From assembly GCA_963674595.2 (NCBI GenBank), contig CAXXFV010000006.1:160001-224000 (forward strand): 64,000 nucleotides of DNA. Reading direction: 5' to 3'. The notes under the pieces were generated by a model. That model did no database searches, was not told where the DNA came from, and worked only from the letters and a program-made list of their open reading frames with translations. This document shows, piece after piece, positions 1 to 10,332 of this stretch. Both the position numbers and the translations under genes were made by a program. The DNA comes from a bacterium. Its GTDB lineage: Bacteria > Zhuqueibacterota > Zhuqueibacteria > Residuimicrobiales > Krinioviventaceae. How positions within the stretch are numbered: the stretch's first letter is position 1; each line of letters starts with the position of its first letter.

Positions 1-2
1 TT

Positions 3-1364
3 ACCGACGGCGGATTAATAAAACGCGGATTTAACAAAGAACTGGACGAAATTCGTGAGATAGCCTATTCCGGTAAGGACTGGATTGCCAAGCTGCAAAC
101 CTCTGAACGGGAAAAGACCGGAATATCTTCGTTAAAGGTTAGTTTTAATAAAGTTTTCGGCTATTATATAGAAATTACCCGGCCTCACTTGTCCAAAGTA
201 CCGCCACACTATGTTCGTAAACAAACCCTTGTTAACTCGGAACGTTTTATCGTTCAGGAACTTAAGGAATACGAAGAAAAAGTCCTGGGCGCTGAAGAGA
301 AAATTTTCACTCTTGAATACGAGTTGTTTAACAAAATCAGACAGGACATTCTGGAAGACGCTTTAACCATACAAAAAAACGCCAGGGTATTGGCGAAAAT
401 AGATTGTTTGAACAATTTGGCGCGAGTTGCCATTGAAAATGATTATATAAGACCGGATGTTCACAATGATGATTATATTGAGATACATGAAGGCCGCCAT
501 CCGGTTGTTGAAAAACTCTTACCACCTGGAGAGCAGTTTGTTGTTAACGATACATTTATTGACAACAAGGCTGATCAGGTTTTAATCATAACCGGTCCGA
601 ATATGGCCGGCAAGTCAACCTATCTGCGTCAAATCGGTCTTATTTGTATTATGGCGCAAATGGGTGGGTATATTCCGGCAAAAAAAGCGAAAATCGGTAT
701 TATCGACCGTGTGTTTACCCGTGTGGGCGCTTCCGACAATCTGGCAGCCGGTGAAAGTACTTTTTTAACCGAAATGAACGAAACAGCCAACATATTAAAC
801 AATGCAACTCTAAACAGTTTAATTATTTTAGACGAAATCGGCCGGGGAACAAGCACATTCGATGGTTTGTCCATTGCCTGGTCGGTAGTTGAATATATTC
901 ATAACACACCTCATCTTGCAGCAAAAACTGTTTTTGCCACACATTATCACGAATTAACGGAACTTGAACTGATCTTGCCGCGTGTAAAAAACTATAATGT
1001 CGCTGTGAAAGAGTGGGGTGATCACATCGTATTTTTGAGAAAAATTGTTACAGGAGGTTGTGATCATAGTTATGGAATTCATGTGGCCCAACTGGCCGGA
1101 CTACCGAAACCGGTAATAAACAGGGCTTATGAAGTTTTGTCCAATCTTGAGTCTGAAGCGTTGAACCAGAAAAAAGAACCAAAACTGGCAGAACATAGAG
1201 ATACACAATCTGATAAAATTCAACAGATGAGTCTGTTTGAAGAATTGGAAAAATCACTGCGTGAGGAAATAAACAATATTGATCCGAATAAATTGACGCC
1301 AATTGAGGCATTAAATAAATTGGACCAGTTAAAACAACTTGTGAGTAATGAAAATAAAAATTAA
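3..1364 (+). CDS. mutS: DNA mismatch repair protein MutS (5'-truncated by window edge)
   Basis: Frame is open from nt 3 (TDGGLIKRGFNKELD...FNKVFGYYIE). Walker A TGPNMAGKST, GESTF, DEIGRGTST, ATHYHEL and SYGIHVA motifs are present. Confidence 0.97.
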   Translation, partial: TDGGLIKRGFNKELDEIREIAYSGKDWIAKLQTSEREKTGISSLKVSFNKVFGYYIEITRPHLSKVPPHYVRKQTLVNSERFIVQELKEYEEKVLGAEEKIFTLEYELFNKIRQDILEDALTIQKNARVLAKIDCLNNLARVAIENDYIRPDVHNDDYIEIHEGRHPVVEKLLPPGEQFVVNDTFIDNKADQVLIITGPNMAGKSTYLRQIGLICIMAQMGGYIPAKKAKIGIIDRVFTRVGASDNLAAGESTFLTEMNETANILNNATLNSLIILDEIGRGTSTFDGLSIAWSVVEYIHNTPHLAAKTVFATHYHELTELELILPRVKNYNVAVKEWGDHIVFLRKIVTGGCDHSYGIHVAQLAGLPKPVINRAYEVLSNLESEALNQKKEPKLAEHRDTQSDKIQQMSLFEELEKSLREEINNIDPNKLTPIEALNKLDQLKQLVSNENKN

Positions 1365-1422
1365 ATTTAATTTGTTAATAACATTAAGCTTTTAATCGGT
1401 TTCATTTTTTAATGAGGATATC

Positions 1423-2448
1423 TTGCTGCGAAAAATAAAATATATGCTGGGGTTTATACTGCTTTTTACAATGGCCGGAAATGCCGCTGAAATTATGAAA
1501 TATGCTGGTGAAGTTCTAAGTATAGGTGTCGGGGCGCGTGCCCTGGGTATGGGCGGAGCCTATGTTGCTGTTAAAGGGGACGTTACTTCCGGTTACTGGA
1601 ACCCTGCCGGCTTGTCTGAAATTTCTTATCCGGAAATATCAGCCATGCACTCCCGACGGTTTGAAGGTCTGGTAAACTATGATTATGGCGCTATTGCCGC
1701 CCCGTTTCGTGATAACCAAAGTTTATCGTTAAGCTTTATTCGTACGGCTGTTGATGACATTCCTTTTACCACATTGCCCAGAAAAGACTTGCCTCAGGAC
1801 GCTTCATATTATGATACCAGTGGTCGTCTGGTACATAATATACCATATATTGAGCGTATAGAAAATTATGCTGATTATGCTTTTTTCTTTAGTTATGCCA
1901 AAAAGAAATCCAGTCGTTTTTCTTATGGCGCCAATGTAAAATTTATCCGTAAAGGGGTAGGGGACAATTCTGCCTGGGGTTTTGGGTTTGATTTGGGTGC
2001 CATCTGGAACGCATATAATGATCTGAACATTGGTGTCAATTTCCAGGATGTCACAACAACGGTTATTGCCTGGGATACAGGGACGAAAGAACTTGTTTCT
2101 CCGACACTCAAGCTCGGTATGGCTTATCCGTTATGGATCAAATGGATTCAAAGTCAATTGCTGATTGCGGCTGATACGGATATGCATTTTGAGGGAAGAG
2201 ACTTTGCCGCTGATTTTAGCGCCGGTCCTGTTAGTAACGATTTTCGTTTGGGCACGGAACTGTTACTGCGCCAGGTTGTCGCTCTTCGATTGGGAAGAAG
2301 TGATATAGGCTCTTTTTCGGCTGGTGCCGGTATTCGTCTTCCCAAACTTGATATTGATTATGCGTTCATGGATCATGACGATCTCGGCAGCACCCATCGT
2401 ATCTCTCTAAGGTTGCGATTCGAAGAAGACCGGTTCGCACGTAAATAA
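1423..2448 (+). CDS. PorV/PorQ-like (UPF0164) outer-membrane beta-barrel protein
   Basis: Signal peptide followed by GARALGMGGAY...YWNPAGL. C-terminal beta strands end in DYAF...LGSTHRISL. Confidence 0.8.
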   Translation: MLRKIKYMLGFILLFTMAGNAAEIMKYAGEVLSIGVGARALGMGGAYVAVKGDVTSGYWNPAGLSEISYPEISAMHSRRFEGLVNYDYGAIAAPFRDNQSLSLSFIRTAVDDIPFTTLPRKDLPQDASYYDTSGRLVHNIPYIERIENYADYAFFFSYAKKKSSRFSYGANVKFIRKGVGDNSAWGFGFDLGAIWNAYNDLNIGVNFQDVTTTVIAWDTGTKELVSPTLKLGMAYPLWIKWIQSQLLIAADTDMHFEGRDFAADFSAGPVSNDFRLGTELLLRQVVALRLGRSDIGSFSAGAGIRLPKLDIDYAFMDHDDLGSTHRISLRLRFEEDRFARK

Positions 2449-2518
2449 TAATTATTACAAAACAGTGTTGACGGAATTTTTTTATAATTGCAATGTGTTC
2501 TAAGTGGAAAAATTTCAG

Positions 2519-2547
2519 TTGACTATATTCAAAAAAATTATTAAAAT
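2519..2547 (+). promoter_or_regulatory. sigma70-type promoter of the yicC-gmk-rpoZ-coaBC operon
   Basis: TTGACT-17 nt-TAAAAT, 46 nt upstream of the yicC ATG. Confidence 0.65.
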
Positions 2548-2593
2548 ATACGTCTTTGGCAGATAGAAATTTAAAATTAGCTTCAGGACAATT

Positions 2594-3472
2594 ATGATCA
2601 CGAGTATGACCGGATACGGTAGGGGTTCACATAAAGCAAATGATTTGGAAATTGCTGTTGAAATTCGTTCCGTTAACAATCGTTTTTTAGATGTTGTTGC
2701 AAAAATTCCCAGGTTCCTTTCAAATTTTGAACAAAAATTTCGTAACGTTATCGGGCAATATGTTAAACGCGGACGTATTAATGTGTGGGTTTCCTTATCC
2801 AATGGCAATGGAAAATTTCAAAAATTTTCCTATAACAAAGCCCTGGCTGAAGGATATATGAGCATTCAAAATGAATTGCAAAAAGAATTTGGCCTAAACG
2901 GGGAATTGGACATTAATCAACTTTTATCGTTACCCGATTTAGTGGAAGTTGATAATTCTGAAACAGCGGACGAAGCAGCATGGGAATGTGCAAAAAAAGC
3001 TTTGGAAAACGCTCTTGTAAATTTGAATGAAATGCGTTTGCAGGAAGGGCATGAGCTTTTAAAAGACCTGGAGATGCGAATTAACAATATTGAAAATTTG
3101 GTATCTGAAATTGAAACGGTATCAAAAGATGCACCGGTAGAAGAGTTGGACAAGTTACGTTCCCGTGTTCAGAAACTTGTTGCCAATCATAAAATTGATG
3201 AAGGTCGATTGGAACTTGAATTGGCGCTTATATCAGACCGTATAGATATTACCGAAGAGTGTGTTCGCTTTCATAGCCATAACAAGCTGTTTAAAGAAAC
3301 GCTCCTGTCTGATGATTCTGAGGGCAGAAGGCTTAATTTTATTTTGCAGGAAATGAATCGGGAAGCCAATACCATCGGTGCAAAAACAGCATCATCTACT
3401 GTGTCCCATTTTGTCGTTCAGATAAAGGAAGAAGTTGAGCGCATCCGGGAACAGGTACAAAATATTGAGTAA
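2594..3472 (+). CDS. yicC: YicC/YloC family endoribonuclease
   Basis: MITSMTGYG, SVNNRFLD, DITEECVR and GRRLNFILQEMNREANTIGAK motifs; lies directly upstream of gmk as usual. Confidence 0.95.
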   Translation: MITSMTGYGRGSHKANDLEIAVEIRSVNNRFLDVVAKIPRFLSNFEQKFRNVIGQYVKRGRINVWVSLSNGNGKFQKFSYNKALAEGYMSIQNELQKEFGLNGELDINQLLSLPDLVEVDNSETADEAAWECAKKALENALVNLNEMRLQEGHELLKDLEMRINNIENLVSEIETVSKDAPVEELDKLRSRVQKLVANHKIDEGRLELELALISDRIDITEECVRFHSHNKLFKETLLSDDSEGRRLNFILQEMNREANTIGAKTASSTVSHFVVQIKEEVERIREQVQNIE

Positions 3473-4069
3473 GTGAAAGGATTTAGTTCAAGTTTGAATA
3501 TAAATAAGAGAGGATTAATTGTAGCAGTTTCTTCACCATCAGGCGGGGGGAAAACGACAATTATCAAGAAAATTCTGAAAAAAGATGGACCGTTTATATA
3601 TTCTGTATCTCTGACAACAAGAGAAAAAAGACTTGGTGATGTTGAAGGAAGAGATTATTGGTTTGTTGATCAAGACACCTTTGTAGGAAAAATTAAATCC
3701 GGAGAATTTTTAGAATATGAAAAAGTACATGGCAATTATTATGGAACTCCGGTTAAACCCATTAAACAATGGTTAACAAAAGGCCTGATCATACTGTTGG
3801 ACATTGATGTTCATGGTGCGTTTTCTGTGCGAAACCAGTTTCCAAACGACTCTTTGTTGGTATTTCTCAAGCCGCCATCTATTAAAGAATTGGAAAAAAG
3901 ACTAACCGGACGCGATACGGAAAGCCAAGAACAGGTGCAAACCCGGCTTGAACGTGTTCCGGAAGAAATGGAACTTGCAAAAGATTTTGATCACATTGTA
4001 GTAAATGACAGTATTGACACAACTGTTGATAACATTCTACAAATAATAAAGTCCAGGCAAAATATTTAA
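3473..4069 (+). CDS. gmk: Guanylate kinase
   Basis: P-loop SSPSGGGKTT, SVSLTTR, HGNYYGT and DIDVHGA motifs. Confidence 0.96.
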   Translation: MKGFSSSLNINKRGLIVAVSSPSGGGKTTIIKKILKKDGPFIYSVSLTTREKRLGDVEGRDYWFVDQDTFVGKIKSGEFLEYEKVHGNYYGTPVKPIKQWLTKGLIILLDIDVHGAFSVRNQFPNDSLLVFLKPPSIKELEKRLTGRDTESQEQVQTRLERVPEEMELAKDFDHIVVNDSIDTTVDNILQIIKSRQNI

Positions 4070-4096
4070 TTTTTATTATAAATTGGAGGTTACAAT

Positions 4097-4381
4097 ATGA
4101 TAAAAACCTTACCTTTAGACGAATTGTTAAAAAATGCAGATAATATTTATGAAGCCATTGTAATTATGGCTAAAAGAGCAAGACAGATCAACGAACTGCA
4201 AAAGAAAATTATAGATAAAGAAACAGAAGCATTAGCACAAACAAATGACATGGATGATGATGTCATTAATACCGATTTAGTTGAAGGTCAGTTTTTAAAA
4301 CTTCCAAAGCCGACTACAACGGCCCTGGAAGAAATGCTGGAAGGTAAGCTCACTCGTGAATACCTGGAAAAATCGGAATAA
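4097..4381 (+). CDS. rpoZ: RNA polymerase omega subunit
   Basis: NIYEAIVIMAKRARQIN and KPTTTALEE motifs; sits between gmk and coaBC; GGAGG RBS. Confidence 0.9.
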   Translation: MIKTLPLDELLKNADNIYEAIVIMAKRARQINELQKKIIDKETEALAQTNDMDDDVINTDLVEGQFLKLPKPTTTALEEMLEGKLTREYLEKSE

Positions 4382-4397
4382 AATGTGTTTGGTATAA

Positions 4398-5594
4398 ATG
4401 TTTTCCAATAAAAATATACTAGTTGGTATTACCGGGGGGATTGCCGTCTATAAAATTGCCGGATTGGTTAGAGAGTTTAAAAAAATGAACGCCAACGTGC
4501 GTGTTATGATGACCAATGCTGCGACAAAATTTGTTGCACCGTTGACTTTTGAAACTCTTTCTGAAAATCCGGTTTTGCTTGATATTTTCCCTGAGCAGGG
4601 GGGAAGTGGGACAGCACATATTGATTGGGCACGATGGGCTGATGTTATTGTAATAGCACCGGCAACGGCCAATTCTATCGGCAAAATAGCCAATGGCATT
4701 GCCGATAATGCGCTGACGACAACCTTGTTGGCGACTACTGCGCCTGTTGTTCTGTGTCCGGCAATGAATAAGCAAATGTATCAAAATGATATTTTTCAGT
4801 CAAATTTGACAAAATTGAAAAATTTAAATTTCCATATTGTGGACCCCGGCGTCGGCACATTGGCTTGCGGTGAAGAAGGATGGGGTCGTCTGGCTGAAAT
4901 AGATATCATTGTTGATGGTGTTAAAAATATACTGGTTGAAAACAGAGATTTTACCGGAAAGAGGGTGCTGGTAACCGCCGGTCCCACTGAAGAACCTCTT
5001 GACCCTGTGCGTTACATCTCTAATCGTTCTTCAGGAAAAATGGGTTACGCTATTGCTGAAAGGGCCTCTGTTAGAGGCGCTGATGTGACTCTTGTTTCCG
5101 GGCCGGGTGTTTTGCAATGTTCTGATGCTGTGAAATGTATTAAAATCAGAACGGCTGTTGAAATGTATAATGCCATTATTGAGCAGTATAATGATATTGA
5201 CATTTTAATCATGGCGGCGGCTGTCAGTGATTTTCGCCCGAAAACAGTATCCTCTGAAAAAATTAAAAAAGCAGCAACGCAGCCCAAAATAGATTTGGTT
5301 GAAAATCCTGATATTTTAAAACAATTTGCTGAAAAAAAAGATCACAGAGTGCATGTTGGCTTTGCTGTTGAAACGACAAATGAAATTGAACATGCCGTTA
5401 AAAAAATTAAAAGTAAGAATCTGGACTTTATTATAGTCAATAATCCTCTTAATAAAGGTGCCGGTTTTCAAACCGATACAAATCAAGTTACTATTATAGA
5501 CCCTAAAGGGAATATAAAAGAGTATCCACTTATGTCCAAACATGCTTTGGCGGATATTATTCTTGATTTAATTATCGAAACAAAACGAATTTAA
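4398..5594 (+). CDS. coaBC: Phosphopantothenoylcysteine decarboxylase/ligase CoaBC
   Basis: GITGGIAVYK, PAMN, LACGEEGWGR, TAGPTEEPLDPVRYISNRSSGKMG and GFAVET motifs. Confidence 0.97.
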   Translation: MFSNKNILVGITGGIAVYKIAGLVREFKKMNANVRVMMTNAATKFVAPLTFETLSENPVLLDIFPEQGGSGTAHIDWARWADVIVIAPATANSIGKIANGIADNALTTTLLATTAPVVLCPAMNKQMYQNDIFQSNLTKLKNLNFHIVDPGVGTLACGEEGWGRLAEIDIIVDGVKNILVENRDFTGKRVLVTAGPTEEPLDPVRYISNRSSGKMGYAIAERASVRGADVTLVSGPGVLQCSDAVKCIKIRTAVEMYNAIIEQYNDIDILIMAAAVSDFRPKTVSSEKIKKAATQPKIDLVENPDILKQFAEKKDHRVHVGFAVETTNEIEHAVKKIKSKNLDFIIVNNPLNKGAGFQTDTNQVTIIDPKGNIKEYPLMSKHALADIILDLIIETKRI

Positions 5595-5595
5595 A

Positions 5596-6291
5596 ATGAC
5601 AGAGAGCCCATTTGAAAATATACAAGATTTTATTAAACAGGAAATTGAAATTTATGGAGATCAGCTTGCTGTCAACATGTCGTTTGTTCCAGAAAAAGAA
5701 CCAATAAATCACAACGTCCTTCCAGAATCAGACAATCCTGCAACTTTAGCCTCACTTGAAGAAAATATTTCCCAATGTTTAAATTGTTCAATTTCAAATA
5801 ACCGAACATCCGTAGTTTTGGGTGAAGGAAAGACAGATTCATCTATTGCCGTTATCAATAGTCTCTATCTTTCTCAAGATCAGGATAATAAGACCATACT
5901 TGGTGGAAAAGAAGGCGAGTTATTTGATCAAATTTTAAAGGCTATTAAATTAAAACGAAATGATGTATATCTTTTATCATTATTAAAATGTCCTTTATCA
6001 CCTGATTTAAATAATATTGCGGAATATTTTAAAAATTGTAAAGGTTTTTTCAAGAAACAATTGCATTTGATTAAACCAAAATTTATATTAGGGTTAGGGG
6101 AGAATGCAACGTTGTTACTGGATACTGACAAACCGTTTTCTGAAGTTCGTGGAAAGTGGTTTGAATATGAAGGATATCAGACCATGTTTACTCACCATCC
6201 ATCTGTTCTTTTGAACAATGTTGATAAAAAACGTGAAACATGGCATGATGTAAAAATATTTAAAAGCGCGATTGATAATTATTCCAAATAG
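5596..6291 (+). CDS. Family-4 uracil-DNA glycosylase-like protein with degenerate active site
   Basis: CLNC...RTSVVLGEG, KC, C and HPS, plus C-terminal KRETWHD, align with family-4 UDG. The GE(A/G)PG motif is replaced by NSLYL. Confidence 0.8.
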   Translation: MTESPFENIQDFIKQEIEIYGDQLAVNMSFVPEKEPINHNVLPESDNPATLASLEENISQCLNCSISNNRTSVVLGEGKTDSSIAVINSLYLSQDQDNKTILGGKEGELFDQILKAIKLKRNDVYLLSLLKCPLSPDLNNIAEYFKNCKGFFKKQLHLIKPKFILGLGENATLLLDTDKPFSEVRGKWFEYEGYQTMFTHHPSVLLNNVDKKRETWHDVKIFKSAIDNYSK

Positions 6292-6311
6292 GAAATAAAA
6301 TATTCGATAAT

Positions 6312-7685
6312 ATGGAAAACAGTGAACAAATAACAAGAATGCCGCCCCATTCAATCGAAGCAGAAATGGCCGTACTGGGTTCTATTATGCTTGAACCTCA
6401 TGCTGCAAGTATTGTGATGGAAGCTCTTGATGATGATAGTTTTTATAAAGAAGCTCACAGAAAGATATTTTTATCCGCCAGAAATCTGTATGAGAAAAGT
6501 GAACCCATTGATGTTTTGACGCTGTCAAATGAATTGGAGAAACATAAAGAACTGGAAGCTGTTGGCGGAAGTTTTTATTTAACAGAACTTGTTGAACGAA
6601 TACCTTCGGCTGCCAATGTTGAATATTATTGTAACATCGTTAATGACAAGTCCATGCTTCGAAGATTAATTTATATAGCTTCTGAAGTTCAACAGGAATG
6701 TTATGAAACATCTGAAGACGCAACCGAGCTGGTTGATAAAGCAGAACAAAAAATATTTGCATTATCTGAAAAAAGAGTAAAAAAAGATTTTCAACATATC
6801 GGCCCCATAGCCATGGAAACTATGGAGAAAATAGAAGGTTTTCATGGTAATGCCGGTGGAATTACCGGTGTGCCTACAGGATTTAAGGACCTTGATAATT
6901 TATTGTCCGGTTTGCAAAAATCGGAACTTGTAATCCTTGCCGCCCGCCCTTCAATGGGAAAAACAGCTTTTTCCTTAAATTTGGCGAGAAATGCGGCGCT
7001 TTCGGGTGTTCCTGTCGGCTATTTTAGCCTGGAAATGGCTTCCTATCAGCTTGTTATGAGGCTGTTATGTGCTGAAGCCAGAGTGGATTCACACAAAGTA
7101 AGAACCGGCCGTCTCCCGGAAGATGAATGGATGAAATTAAGTATGTCTGTCGGACGGTTGGCTGAAGCCCCAATTTATATTGATGATACACCTGGCCTGA
7201 ATATTATTGAGTTACGCTCAAAAGCCAGACGGCTCAAGGCTGAAAAAGATATCGGCCTTATTGTTATCGATTATTTACAATTGTTACATGGTGTCGGTCG
7301 TATTGAAAGCCGCCAAATAGAAATATCAATGATTTCACAGTCATTAAAAAATTTGGCCAAAGAGCTGGACGTCCCTGTTGTTTCGTTATCACAGTTATCC
7401 CGAGCTGTTGAAACAAGAGGCGGCGATAAACGACCCTTGTTATCTGATTTACGTGAGTCCGGAGCAATTGAACAGGATGCGGATGTTGTCATGTTCTTAT
7501 ATCGTCCTGCTGCTTACCCTCCGGTCGAACCTGAATTGGAAAATGTTGCTGAAGTCATTGTTGCCAAACAGCGAAACGGTCCTACAGATACAGTTGAATT
7601 GGTATTCTTGCGTGATTATGTTCAGTTTGCCAATAAAGAAGCTTTTGCAGAAGAAATACCAACAATTTCAGCAGATTTATTCTAG
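6312..7685 (+). CDS. dnaB: Replicative DNA helicase DnaB
   Basis: PPHSIEAEMAVLG, AARPSMGKT, IDYLQL, LSQLSR and DLRESGAIEQDAD motifs; no intein. Confidence 0.98.
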   Translation: MENSEQITRMPPHSIEAEMAVLGSIMLEPHAASIVMEALDDDSFYKEAHRKIFLSARNLYEKSEPIDVLTLSNELEKHKELEAVGGSFYLTELVERIPSAANVEYYCNIVNDKSMLRRLIYIASEVQQECYETSEDATELVDKAEQKIFALSEKRVKKDFQHIGPIAMETMEKIEGFHGNAGGITGVPTGFKDLDNLLSGLQKSELVILAARPSMGKTAFSLNLARNAALSGVPVGYFSLEMASYQLVMRLLCAEARVDSHKVRTGRLPEDEWMKLSMSVGRLAEAPIYIDDTPGLNIIELRSKARRLKAEKDIGLIVIDYLQLLHGVGRIESRQIEISMISQSLKNLAKELDVPVVSLSQLSRAVETRGGDKRPLLSDLRESGAIEQDADVVMFLYRPAAYPPVEPELENVAEVIVAKQRNGPTDTVELVFLRDYVQFANKEAFAEEIPTISADLF

Positions 7686-7702
7686 TATTTTTTGTGGGTG
7701 AT

Positions 7703-9862
7703 ATGAAAGAAGACCAAACACAACAAGCATATCACAAGATTTTCGAAGGACTCTTGCAGCGTATTAAAAGGTATCATCAGGCTGTTGATACCCAGGTATT
7801 ACGTCATGCATTTGAATTCAGCTATAAAGCGCATAGTAATCAGTTGCGAAAATCCGGTGAGCCCTATTTTGAACATCCTATGGAGGTTGCAAAAATACTT
7901 ACCGGATTAAAGATGGACTATGAGACCATAGCGGCCGGAATGTTGCATGATGTTGCTGAAGATACGGATATTTCTATTGAACTCGTGGAAAAAGAGTTTG
8001 GAAGTAATATTGCGCAGTTGGTTGATGGTGTTACAAAAATATCGGAATTAAAACTTTTAGGCCTGGAAACACAACAATCTGAGAATTTTAGAAAAATGCT
8101 GCTTTCTATGGTTCGGGATATTCGGGTCATATTGATAAAGTTTGCAGACAGACTGCATAATATGCGAACCTTGCAGCATCTTCCGGAAAAGAAACGCCAG
8201 CGCATTGCACTGGAAACCCGTGAGGTTTATGCGCCTTTAGCTAACAGACTTGGTTTGGCAAAAATTAAATGGGAACTGGAAGACCTTGCACTAAAATATT
8301 TGGACCCTGATATTTATAATGATCTTGTCCGAAGAGTTCAGGATACACGTGAAGAGCGTGAAAACAGTCTGCGCCGTGTTACTCGTCCTGTTCGAAAGTC
8401 GTTAGCGGAATCAAAAATTAAAGCGAGGTTTGAAGGACGGGCCAAACATTTTTACAGTATTTATAATAAAATAACCAAACGTGGCGTTCCGTTTGATGAA
8501 ATTTTTGATCTTTTAGCCATACGAATAATCGTTGAACAAATTGAAGACTGTTACCATGCACTGGGTATTGTGCATTCTCTGTTTAATCCAATTCATGAAC
8601 GATTTAAAGATTATATTGCCACGCCAAAATCAAACGGCTATCAATCGCTTCATACCACGGTAATTGGTCCGGATGGCCGTAAGGTTGAAATTCAAATTCG
8701 AACCGAGCAAATGCACCGCACCGCAGAAGACGGAATTGCAGCCCATTGGCGTTATAAAGAAGGCAGACTTCGGGAAGATGATCTTGACCGACATTTGGTT
8801 TGGTTAAGACAGGTACTGGACTGGAGTGATGCAGACATTGATGATGGTGCTTTTATGGAGCACCTGAAAATTAATTTATTTCAGGATGAAGTATTTGTTT
8901 TTACTCCAAAAGGTGACTTGCATCGGCTGCCTGTACGTTCTACTCCGGTAGATTTTGCTTTTGCTGTACACACGGATGTTGGTGTTCATTGTCTGGCTGC
9001 CAAAGTAAACGGCAGAATTGTGCCGCTAAGCTATGAACTTAAAAGCGGTGACACAATACAAATTTTAACCTCTGCGAATCAAAGTCCAAATGAAGATTGG
9101 TTAAAATTTGTTGCAACAAGTAAAGCTAAAGGCAGGATTAAAAAATGGATAAAAGATTCGGAACTTGACGCCAGTATGCAGTTAGGTGAAGAACTGTTAT
9201 CCCGCGCCCTGAATAAATATAAAATCAAGATTAAAGATGTTGATCTTGATTCTATTGCACATAAAATGAAAATTAAGGATAAAATACAGCTTTTGGCTGG
9301 TTTGGGACGTGGAGATGTCAAGCTGGATACAATTGTCCGAAAAATAATTCCTGATGACCAAACCAAGGATACGGATCAGTCCTTGTTTTCCCGGTTTATT
9401 GAAAAAGCCCGTAAATCAAGTCATGGCATTCGTGTAGCCGGGCTTGATAATATTATGATTAATTTTGGAAAATGCTGCAACCCTGTGCCGGGTGAACCAA
9501 TCACAGGTATTGTCACCCGTGGCCGCGGGATTGTTGTCCACGCAAACAGTTGTAAAAATTTATTACGGCTCATGCAGGAGCAGGATAGAATTGTTGATGT
9601 TTCATGGGACGTTGAAAAGAGTAATCGTTTTTTAACGGCAATTTTTATTCTCGGTGAACGTAGAAATAAATTTTTGGCTGAAATAACAGATGCACTCGCC
9701 TCAGCGGATTGTAATATTATAAGTGTTAATCTTAATTCTGAAGATTCTTTAATGAATTGTATGTTAAGTATTGAAGTTCATGATCTGGACCATTTAAAAA
9801 AAGCAATGAATAAAGTTAAAAATATTCCAGGCGTTATTTCTGTTGAACGTATAACAGAATAA
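7703..9862 (+). CDS. rel: Bifunctional (p)ppGpp synthetase/hydrolase (long RSH, Rel)
   Basis: Intact HD hydrolase motif (LHDVAED). Synthetase motifs RFKD, YQSLHT and EIQIRT. TGS, CC-type ZFD and ACT domains follow. ATG 7703 chosen; GTG 7694 is possible. Confidence 0.95.
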   Translation: MKEDQTQQAYHKIFEGLLQRIKRYHQAVDTQVLRHAFEFSYKAHSNQLRKSGEPYFEHPMEVAKILTGLKMDYETIAAGMLHDVAEDTDISIELVEKEFGSNIAQLVDGVTKISELKLLGLETQQSENFRKMLLSMVRDIRVILIKFADRLHNMRTLQHLPEKKRQRIALETREVYAPLANRLGLAKIKWELEDLALKYLDPDIYNDLVRRVQDTREERENSLRRVTRPVRKSLAESKIKARFEGRAKHFYSIYNKITKRGVPFDEIFDLLAIRIIVEQIEDCYHALGIVHSLFNPIHERFKDYIATPKSNGYQSLHTTVIGPDGRKVEIQIRTEQMHRTAEDGIAAHWRYKEGRLREDDLDRHLVWLRQVLDWSDADIDDGAFMEHLKINLFQDEVFVFTPKGDLHRLPVRSTPVDFAFAVHTDVGVHCLAAKVNGRIVPLSYELKSGDTIQILTSANQSPNEDWLKFVATSKAKGRIKKWIKDSELDASMQLGEELLSRALNKYKIKIKDVDLDSIAHKMKIKDKIQLLAGLGRGDVKLDTIVRKIIPDDQTKDTDQSLFSRFIEKARKSSHGIRVAGLDNIMINFGKCCNPVPGEPITGIVTRGRGIVVHANSCKNLLRLMQEQDRIVDVSWDVEKSNRFLTAIFILGERRNKFLAEITDALASADCNIISVNLNSEDSLMNCMLSIEVHDLDHLKKAMNKVKNIPGVISVERITE

Positions 9863-9869
9863 AATATTA

Positions 9870-9898
9870 TTGACTAGAATATTTTTTTATTTTATTTT
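9870..9898 (+). promoter_or_regulatory. Probable sigma70-type promoter upstream of the HU/IHF gene
   Basis: TTGACT-17 nt-TATTTT, just after the rel stop. Confidence 0.5.
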
Positions 9899-9988
9899 TC
9901 TTTTGATAGTTGTATATTTCAAAAAAACAAAACCATCGGATATGTAAAAATAGAAAATAATTTATAACCTAATCAGAGGAGTCTGTTT

Positions 9989-10321
9989 ATGGCTACAGAA
10001 GAAAAAACAAGTACAATAACTAAAAAAGACGTTTCCAAGCGAACTGCTAAAATCGTTGGCGAAAAAATATATCTAACAGAAAAAGTTGTCGATGGTGTTT
10101 TCCAAGCTCTTCGTGAATTTATGTCTGAGGCAGATCCTGAAGTTCGAATTGAAATTCGTGATTTTGGTGTTTTTGAAGTCAAAAAAACAAAACCAAAACC
10201 AAAAGCAAGAAATCCTAAAACCGGTGAAATCATTTATGTTCCGGCACGACGCAAAACTCATTTTAAAGCAGGAAAACTGTTAAAAGAAGTTTTGAAACAG
10301 CCGCTTTCTGAATTAGAATAA
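9989..10321 (+). CDS. HU/IHF family DNA-binding protein
   Basis: IEIRDFGVF...ARNPKTGEIIYVPARR..HFKAGK signature; GAGGAG RBS. Confidence 0.92.
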   Translation: MATEEKTSTITKKDVSKRTAKIVGEKIYLTEKVVDGVFQALREFMSEADPEVRIEIRDFGVFEVKKTKPKPKARNPKTGEIIYVPARRKTHFKAGKLLKEVLKQPLSELE

Positions 10322-10332
10322 TTTTTTGAAAA

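Noticed and set aside
2468-2488. TTGACG...TATAAT promoter
   Set aside because: The spacer is only 9 nt; the 17-nt-spaced pair at 2519-2547 fits better.
6312-7685. Intein in DnaB
   Set aside because: The length (457 aa) is normal and the helicase motifs are contiguous.
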